NCBI GenBank assembly: GCA_002392285.1
Contig: DGGR01000014.1
Span: forward strand, 1-20,287
From: Verrucomicrobia bacterium UBA3869
GTDB lineage: Bacteria > Verrucomicrobiota > Verrucomicrobiia > Opitutales > UBA9783
Direction: 5' to 3'
DNA length: 20,287 nucleotides
Each line of letters begins with the position of its first letter. Within the stretch, counting starts at the first letter, position 1. Positions 15,109-20,287 of the stretch are shown piece by piece. The translations under genes were made by a program, and so were the position numbers. The notes beneath the pieces are model-generated. The model searched no databases. It saw only the letters and a program-made list of their open reading frames with translations, and was not told the origin of the DNA.

Positions 15109-16275
15109 TTAATTACCGTCCTGCATTTCCGCAGCGACCAACTCGTCGAAGGTATCGCGATGAGGATAGGAATCTAGGATCTTAAACGCACGTAAGTTTT
15201 CCACACAACGTGCTTCGTACACATCGTAATTCTCTTTGGTCAACCGATGCTTATCGTGCTCAATGCACCACGCCATGTAGCGGTTGATATCGGGATGATA
15301 ATGACCTGGATCGCAGTAATTCGCTAGGTTGCTTACAAAAGCGCAATCATGCCAACCGTAGATTTTGACATTCGGGAGATCGGCACAGGTGGTTATCAAA
15401 TGACGAGTGCCAAAGAAAAACGCATCATAAATTTGCGTTGGAGATAAAGTACGTTGGAGCCAATGAAATATATACCGATATACCGTCCAACAATTGGGCG
15501 CTATCATCACGTGAAATTGGATAGACGGATGCGTACGGATTATATGCAGTAAAGGTTCCATCCTGTTCTTAACGAGTGAGCTCGTCATCGAAGACTCCGT
15601 AATGCAATAATGCTCAAAATTATGTACAGCCTTCCGGGTCAAAGCTAATGTTTTAGGTTGAATCCAGCGAGCAAAGTACTTTTCTCGCTGCGAAAACCAA
15701 TTATGGATATCATCCACCTGATCCCACGGATGAAATCGTTCGTTTTTAGTTATCTCCCAATGCCTCGGAATAATATAAAATCCTGGCACACTACGTAGGC
15801 ATTTTGGGTTCCATAAGCATAACCAAGGATGCGCCACATAGGGTTTTACCGTTTCCAATGCGTCATCTTGTTTCTCAAGCGATAACCAACACCAAGCATC
15901 CATAAGGATAAAAGCATGTTTTAGATGCCCACTAGCAATACTCCGATTTAGCCATTCCCGACACATTTCCATGCTTTGGTTTCCATTACACAACTTCAGA
16001 ACGCCTTTAGCACCTACTGCCTTGGCTAAATCACTACCTTTAAAGTTCATCGAATGGGAGGATCCTAACAGAACGCTATCGTAATCACCCGGCTTGAGGT
16101 AGGTCTCAATTTGACCCAAATTGAGTAAACTTTGGCTACCAAACCATAGGTTCTTGTTCCATCGCGTCTCATGAAATATATGGTACGGATCTACAATGTA
16201 GACCATCAACGGCCCTATCGTCCAAAATAGAAGCGTGAAGATAATAAAATATACAATGTTCCGGCGATGAGGCAT
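15109..16275 (-). CDS. membrane-anchored SGNH/DltD-like hydrolase or acyltransferase (putative)
   Basis: 388 aa. N-terminal TM anchor (IVYFIIFTLLFWTIGPLMVYIV) followed by DPYHIFH. LLGSSHS resembles SGNH block I, and the C-terminal CDPGHYH resembles the DxxH block V. The layout is like DltD/DUF1574-type proteins. The call is weak and motif-based only. Confidence 0.4.
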   Translation of the reverse strand: MPHRRNIVYFIIFTLLFWTIGPLMVYIVDPYHIFHETRWNKNLWFGSQSLLNLGQIETYLKPGDYDSVLLGSSHSMNFKGSDLAKAVGAKGVLKLCNGNQSMEMCREWLNRSIASGHLKHAFILMDAWCWLSLEKQDDALETVKPYVAHPWLCLWNPKCLRSVPGFYIIPRHWEITKNERFHPWDQVDDIHNWFSQREKYFARWIQPKTLALTRKAVHNFEHYCITESSMTSSLVKNRMEPLLHIIRTHPSIQFHVMIAPNCWTVYRYIFHWLQRTLSPTQIYDAFFFGTRHLITTCADLPNVKIYGWHDCAFVSNLANYCDPGHYHPDINRYMAWCIEHDKHRLTKENYDVYEARCVENLRAFKILDSYPHRDTFDELVAAEMQDGN

Positions 16276-16277
16276 GG

Positions 16278-16745
16278 CTACAAACTTCCCCGTGTGCTCA
16301 TTTCGCTTAATTGCTTTTGCAAAGCTGATTGGAACTCAATCCTATCGTTATCACTTGGACGATAACCGCTTGTTTCCGGCTGCAAAGCCACGCGACCCAA
16401 TTGATCCAACCCCCAAGTTGCCTTCTGTCCATCAGAAAATGTAACCGAACCATTGACCAGCATTCCCGGCCGTGTAACGGGATCCAAAGATACGGTTACC
16501 GATCCCTTACCTGCATCCACTAACGAACCCTCTAAAGGAGCTGCTGATGGCTTATTAGGTTTAGCTTCAGCAGGTTGAGGAAACTGCAAATGCAGATCAT
16601 CCATCAAAAAGCGCGTTTCTAGATAAGTTAAGCGTTTGGCAAAAGTTGCCTGAATTTTAGATTGCAACTCACCGATAGAATGTAATTCATTCATCCAGCG
16701 ACGCATTTGAGCTATTTGCTCATCAGAAAACGAAGCATTATTCAT
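16278..16745 (-). CDS. hypothetical protein translationally coupled to dnaA (155 aa)
   Basis: The start overlaps the dnaA stop (ATGA at 16742-16745). Its stop is 2 nt from the next ATG. It has a helical N-terminal half, a Pro/Ala linker and a beta-rich C-terminal half. I recognise no family. Confidence 0.6.
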   Translation of the reverse strand: MNNASFSDEQIAQMRRWMNELHSIGELQSKIQATFAKRLTYLETRFLMDDLHLQFPQPAEAKPNKPSAAPLEGSLVDAGKGSVTVSLDPVTRPGMLVNGSVTFSDGQKATWGLDQLGRVALQPETSGYRPSDNDRIEFQSALQKQLSEMSTRGSL

Positions 16746-18079
16746 GATTTACTCATTAATTTTTGCTGCAAAAACTGCACGGTTTGTTTGGTCATACGTT
16801 CCCGCTGTATGGCTCCTTCAACTGCCTTACAAGCATGAATCACGGTTCCATGATCCCGTCCACCAAAAGCGTTTCCTATTTCTACCAAAGAATCGCTTGT
16901 CAGTAAACGACATAAATACATAGCGATTTGCCGCGGAAACGCAATCTTTGCTAACCGTCGCTTGTTGAGCAAATCCGGTAAGGATAAATGATAAAAATCG
17001 CAAATTGCCTTTTGAATATCCTCAATGGTTACGCGAGCCGCTAGTTCTTCCTGAAAAATATCTTCCAGCATTTCGTCTACTTTATCCAACGATAAGGATG
17101 CTTGATGAAGCAACTGCTGGTAACTGGCAATACGGTTTAATGCGCCCTCCATGCGCCGCACATTGCTTACGACCTGCTGCGCCAAATGTTCCACAATATT
17201 GCGTGATAACGTTAACCCCATCTGTTTGGCTTTATGCAATAAAATAGCTACCCGTGTTTCAAAATCCGGTGCTTTTACATCACACACCAACCCCCATTGA
17301 AAACGCGAAACCAAACGCCCTTCAAGGTTTGAAATTTTCGATGCCGGCCGATCACTACACAGAACAATTTGCCGCTTGGAATCAAACAATTCGTTGAATG
17401 TATGGAAAAACTCCTCTTGAATACGCTCTTTGCCTGATAAAAAATGAATATCATCGATCAGCAGCACATCCATACTACGGTATTTACGACGAAATAACGG
17501 CAGTTTGTTCTTTTGAATCGCATCAATAAAATCATTTGTAAAACACTCGGTAGTTACGTAGCTAATGCGCGCATTGACTTGATGTTGCAAAATATGGTTG
17601 CCGATAGCCTGCATCAGGTGGGTTTTCCCTAAACCCGTATTGCCGTGGATAAACAATGGATTATAAGCTCTACCTGGCGAACTGGCTGATGCTACCGCCG
17701 CTGCATAAGCTAATTGATTGGCAGCCCCAACAATAAAATTTTCAAAGGTATGATGCGCTAAAAGCCCACAATGCTTAGGATCCTGCTTTAGGGTAGCCAC
17801 ACGCTGGTTATTATGCTCGTTGTGCGCCTTATCATCCTCTACCTCACCGGACTTAAAAACAACCGTAACTGGGTGTCCCGCTAGCTGCATAACGCTTTGT
17901 TCGATGACATCACGATAATTCTTATCCAACCAATCGGATGCAAAGGTCGTATCCGTGACCAAAACCAAACGATCGGCTGTATACTCCGCACATTGCAAAG
18001 GTTGAAACCAGATTTTATAGGTGTCTCCCGAAAAGCGTTTTTGCAGCGTCTGTTTTAACTCGTCTAAAAAATTACTCAC
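16742..18079 (-). CDS. dnaA: chromosomal replication initiator protein DnaA
   Basis: AAA+ motifs GNTGLGKTHL (Walker A), LLIDDIHFL (Walker B), RLVSRFQWGL and the C-terminal DNA-binding helix IGNAFGGRDHGTVIHA. The preferred start is the GTG at 18079 (VSNFLDELKQ...YKIWFQPL matches the DnaA domain I start, with AAGGG 5 nt upstream). The track start at 18190 is a TTG that adds 37 non-conserved residues. Confidence 0.95.
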   Translation of the reverse strand: MSNFLDELKQTLQKRFSGDTYKIWFQPLQCAEYTADRLVLVTDTTFASDWLDKNYRDVIEQSVMQLAGHPVTVVFKSGEVEDDKAHNEHNNQRVATLKQDPKHCGLLAHHTFENFIVGAANQLAYAAAVASASSPGRAYNPLFIHGNTGLGKTHLMQAIGNHILQHQVNARISYVTTECFTNDFIDAIQKNKLPLFRRKYRSMDVLLIDDIHFLSGKERIQEEFFHTFNELFDSKRQIVLCSDRPASKISNLEGRLVSRFQWGLVCDVKAPDFETRVAILLHKAKQMGLTLSRNIVEHLAQQVVSNVRRMEGALNRIASYQQLLHQASLSLDKVDEMLEDIFQEELAARVTIEDIQKAICDFYHLSLPDLLNKRRLAKIAFPRQIAMYLCRLLTSDSLVEIGNAFGGRDHGTVIHACKAVEGAIQRERMTKQTVQFLQQKLMSKS

Positions 18080-18272
18080 AATACCCTTCGCTTCTACTCT
18101 TCTCTGTATCTTAATCGTTTGCAAGTCCAATCCAATCAATATTCTTGGCTTGTAAGAGACCGCAAAACGGCTCCAATGGCGTAATCGCAAACCTTAAGAT
18201 AATCTTTTGCCTTCTAGGTTTAACAATTCTGTTTTTAGCTTTTGTTTTTTACAGACTATTGACAAGAAAAAC

Positions 18273-18292
18273 TTATTAACAACTTATCAACA
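18273..18292. promoter_or_regulatory. two tandem DnaA-box-like 9-mers in the dnaA-mpg divergent intergenic region
   Basis: TTATTAACA (18273-18281) and TTATCAACA (18284-18292) are 11 bp apart, start to start. Against the consensus TTATCCACA they have 2 and 1 mismatches. Confidence 0.4.
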
Positions 18293-18314
18293 CCGAAGCT
18301 GAAGCACTTCTAAC

Positions 18315-18863
18315 TTGCTTTTTCCCCTTTGTTTGAACATAAAATTTTTATTGGAAGCTTTGGATTCAGATTTTTTTAATCACCCAACCCTTTGGGTGGC
18401 ACAACAGCTCATTGGAGCCCGTCTATGCAGGCGTACTCAACAAGGAATACTCATGGATACAATTGTAGAAACAGAGGCTTATTTAGGGCAAGAGGACCTC
18501 GCTTCCCACGCTCGTTTTGGTAAAACCAAACGCAACGCCCCTATGTACGCTGCAGGAGGCATTTGGTATGTCTACCTCTGTTATGGGATGCATTGTATGC
18601 TCAATGTGGTTACCGAAGCGGAAGGACACCCAGCCGCCGTCCTTATTCGGTCTCTAAAAACTCATTCTGGGCCTGGAAGGTTAACTAAAGCTTTCGCTAT
18701 CACGCAGACCTTTAACGGACTACCTTGTGCCCCTCAAACCCACTTATGGTTGTTGCCTGCTACCGAAAAATTACCCTTTGTAACTACCCCACGCATCGGC
18801 ATTAACTATGCCGGATCTATCTGGGCCAATAAACCTTATCGCTTTATTGCTAAAGGTTTCTAA
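18315..18863 (+). CDS. mpg: DNA-3-methyladenine glycosylase (Mpg/AAG family)
   Basis: IVETEAYLGQEDLASHARFGKTKRNAPMYAAGGIWYVYLCYGMHCMLNVV is the hallmark block of the Mpg/AAG family. There is no in-frame ATG before the conserved block. The start is a TTG at 18315 (track) or at 18351, and is uncertain. Confidence 0.88.
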   Translation: MLFPLCLNIKFLLEALDSDFFNHPTLWVAQQLIGARLCRRTQQGILMDTIVETEAYLGQEDLASHARFGKTKRNAPMYAAGGIWYVYLCYGMHCMLNVVTEAEGHPAAVLIRSLKTHSGPGRLTKAFAITQTFNGLPCAPQTHLWLLPATEKLPFVTTPRIGINYAGSIWANKPYRFIAKGF

Positions 18864-18913
18864 AAGGTACGGAAACGCTTCTAGAAAAAACAATCCAGGG
18901 GCAATAAACGGGC

Positions 18914-18946
18914 AATAAAAAAGCAGAGCTCATAACGAGCCCTGCT
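18914..18946 (-). terminator. rho-independent terminator of the 388-aa secreted-protein gene (possibly also serving mpg)
   Basis: Minus-strand RNA reads AGCAGGGCUC-GUUAU-GAGCUCUGCU-UUUUUAUU. That is a 10-bp stem (one G-U pair), a 5-nt loop and a U-run, 26 nt after the stop at 18972. On the plus strand the same stem has an A-C mismatch and no U-run. Confidence 0.75.
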
Positions 18947-18971
18947 TCCTTGGTTATTGATCAATCAAGTC

Positions 18972-20138
18972 TTATTTATTTGCCAACTTATTGAAGATTC
19001 CACGATGTGGACGAGCAGATGCAGCTTGGTTCGTTCCGTGACGACGTGCGTTGCGGAAAAACTTATTAGCACCTCTGGCCCTGGATTGTTCAACAACTGC
19101 AGGTTTTTCAGCTACCTTAGGGGATGTAGGTTCTTCAGCCACTACCTTAGCGGATTTAGCCGAAGCCTTGTTGCTATTCCAACGATCCAACAGGTTGGAA
19201 CGATGGCTATGACCTTTTACTGCTTTACCATTATTGGTTTTGCCGTTAATGCGCTTCGCATTCTTAGCATCCCGTTTGGCTTTTAATAATTTCTCATTCT
19301 TAGCTTTTTCGATAGCCAATTGACGTTCTTTCATAGCAGCTTCTGCAGCCAATTGTTCTTCAGCTAATGACTTACGTTCGTAAACAACAACACCATCTTT
19401 TAGGATTGTATCCACTTGGTTCTTTTCGTTGCGAGAACGCCATACTGTGATTTGCATAATATCAACACAGTTGGTCTTTTCAGTCTTACGATCGGTCTTT
19501 TTAATCGTTACCGAGAAATCAACTCCGTATCCTAACTTACCGTTTGGCAATACTTCATTGACTTGAACGAAGATTTCAGCGCAACCACCCCAAGCATATT
19601 GATAACCTTTGGCGATATCTACAATTATTTTAATGTTAAAAGTACTACCGTCGGTTAATAAATCTTGGAAGAAGAAGTTTTTCAAGAAATCACGGCTGCA
19701 TAGGGCTGCATAGGTACGAACATGCCACTCTTCGTTTTCGCCGAAGAATTTACGAACATGTTTACACAGGTTTTCATAAGCATTGCCTTCTGCGGACCAT
19801 TTTTCCTCGTTAGCGAAAGTCCATTGAGCGGCATCAATGCAACGACCTTGGTAAACTTCAATTTTTTTGGAGCCCAAATCGCTGATAAAAAGCAATTCAT
19901 TAGCCTTAGATACATCCGCATAACCAAACAAATTTAAAGATTTGTCGCTGGTAGCATATTTGGTGTTATCTAATTCTGAACGGATTTTTGAGTTGGTGCT
20001 TGCATTCCGTAATGCTTCTTCACGAACCAATCCACCCAAGCGGATGTCAACTTCATTCGCGCAAGCAATACCGCTTGTAAGCACGATCCCCATCATGAGA
20101 GCCTTTTTCAAGTAAGGTTTTTCTGTCATTTTAATCAT
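18972..20138 (-). CDS. secreted protein with globular N-terminal domain, coiled coil and highly basic low-complexity C-terminus
   Basis: Signal peptide MIKMTEKPYLKKALMMGIVLTSGIACA|NE (AxA-type site, not a canonical lipobox). A Lys/Glu/Ala-rich coiled-coil segment (LAEEQLAAEAAMKERQLAIEKAKNEKLLKAKRDAKNAKR) is followed by a K/R/S/A/N-rich tail. I recognise no family. Confidence 0.65.
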   Translation of the reverse strand: MIKMTEKPYLKKALMMGIVLTSGIACANEVDIRLGGLVREEALRNASTNSKIRSELDNTKYATSDKSLNLFGYADVSKANELLFISDLGSKKIEVYQGRCIDAAQWTFANEEKWSAEGNAYENLCKHVRKFFGENEEWHVRTYAALCSRDFLKNFFFQDLLTDGSTFNIKIIVDIAKGYQYAWGGCAEIFVQVNEVLPNGKLGYGVDFSVTIKKTDRKTEKTNCVDIMQITVWRSRNEKNQVDTILKDGVVVYERKSLAEEQLAAEAAMKERQLAIEKAKNEKLLKAKRDAKNAKRINGKTNNGKAVKGHSHRSNLLDRWNSNKASAKSAKVVAEEPTSPKVAEKPAVVEQSRARGANKFFRNARRHGTNQAASARPHRGIFNKLANK

Positions 20139-20196
20139 CTTCGTTTTTCCTCAATTATTGAATTCTTAGTTTTTACTAAATACTATATTTAAAATA

Positions 20197-20224
20197 AATT
20201 TAAGACAAAAATATGTGATGTCAA
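20197..20224 (-). promoter_or_regulatory. sigma70-like promoter candidate for the secreted-protein gene
   Basis: On the minus strand, TTGACA (20219-20224), a 16-nt spacer and TAAATT (20197-20202), about 60 nt upstream of the ATG. A GAGG lies about 11 nt upstream of the ATG. Confidence 0.35.
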
Positions 20225-20287
20225 GCTTTCGTTGATTTTTTCTTTTTTAAAAATCTTTTAGAGAAAAGTATTTTATTTTTATGGTTT

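Noticed and set aside
18080-18190. 37-codon N-terminal extension of dnaA from a TTG at 18190
   Set aside because: The extra residues (MRLRHWSRFAVSYKPRILIG...) do not resemble DnaA domain I. A GTG at 18079, preceded by AAGGG, starts exactly where DnaA homology begins. The longer form remains possible but less likely.
18899-18920. Tandem 11-bp repeat GGGCAATAAAC/GGGCAATAAAA between mpg and the terminator
   Set aside because: There are only two copies with no obvious partner sites. This is too short to interpret and may simply be part of the A-rich tract that forms the terminator U-run on the other strand.
70-19937. Short ORFs antisense to or nested within the long genes (for example 70-294+, 291-539-, 5315-5605+, 5533-5775+, 7185-7502+, 9602-9850+, 10381-10683+, 13966-14187+, 17005-17247+, 18957-19286+, 19722-19937+)
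   Set aside because: All lie entirely inside much longer ORFs with recognisable products or strong operon context. They have low-complexity or odd composition and no independent signals, so I treat them as shadow ORFs.
1-20287. CRISPR arrays, rRNA genes, IS elements or transposases, toxin-antitoxin pairs or known defence systems
   Set aside because: I saw no spaced direct repeats, no rRNA-like sequence, no transposase or integrase-like ORF with terminal inverted repeats, and no recognisable defence-gene motifs on either strand.

Overview
This 20.3-kb window comes from a moderately AT-rich bacterial chromosome. I cannot assign a taxon from sequence alone. Most genes have no Shine-Dalgarno motif in front of the start codon. 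All family calls below come from motif recall, size and gene order. No searches were run.

Housekeeping genes sit on both sides.
- Left flank: a GT4-like glycosyltransferase (-), tRNA-Leu(UAG) (-), and a + strand operon of ileS, a cysteine-poor DksA/TraR-like gene and lspA.
- Right flank: a - strand operon of dnaA, orf155 and orf388 (SGNH/DltD-like) that ends in a clear intrinsic terminator. Beyond it lie a divergent mpg (3-methyladenine glycosylase) and a secreted coiled-coil/basic protein with its own terminator and promoter-like motifs.

The main feature is a 9.7-kb block at 5172-14891. It holds 14 tightly packed ORFs, all on the minus strand, and looks phage-derived. In transcription order the ORFs are:
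- a small membrane protein
- a winged-helix-like protein
- a small helical protein
- large terminase
- a Mu gp29/DUF935-type portal
- a Mu gpI-type protease with a basic scaffold-like tail
- a decoration-like protein
- major capsid protein
- two neck/adaptor-like proteins
- four unassignable ORFs of 133, 39, 562 and 253 aa

I see no integrase, repressor, replication or lysis genes, no tape measure or sheath, and no att repeats. All reading frames are intact, and base composition looks host-like by eye. I read the block as a candidate domesticated, GTA-like particle system that is tail-less or has a very short tail. A capsid-forming satellite or a prophage remnant are the alternatives.
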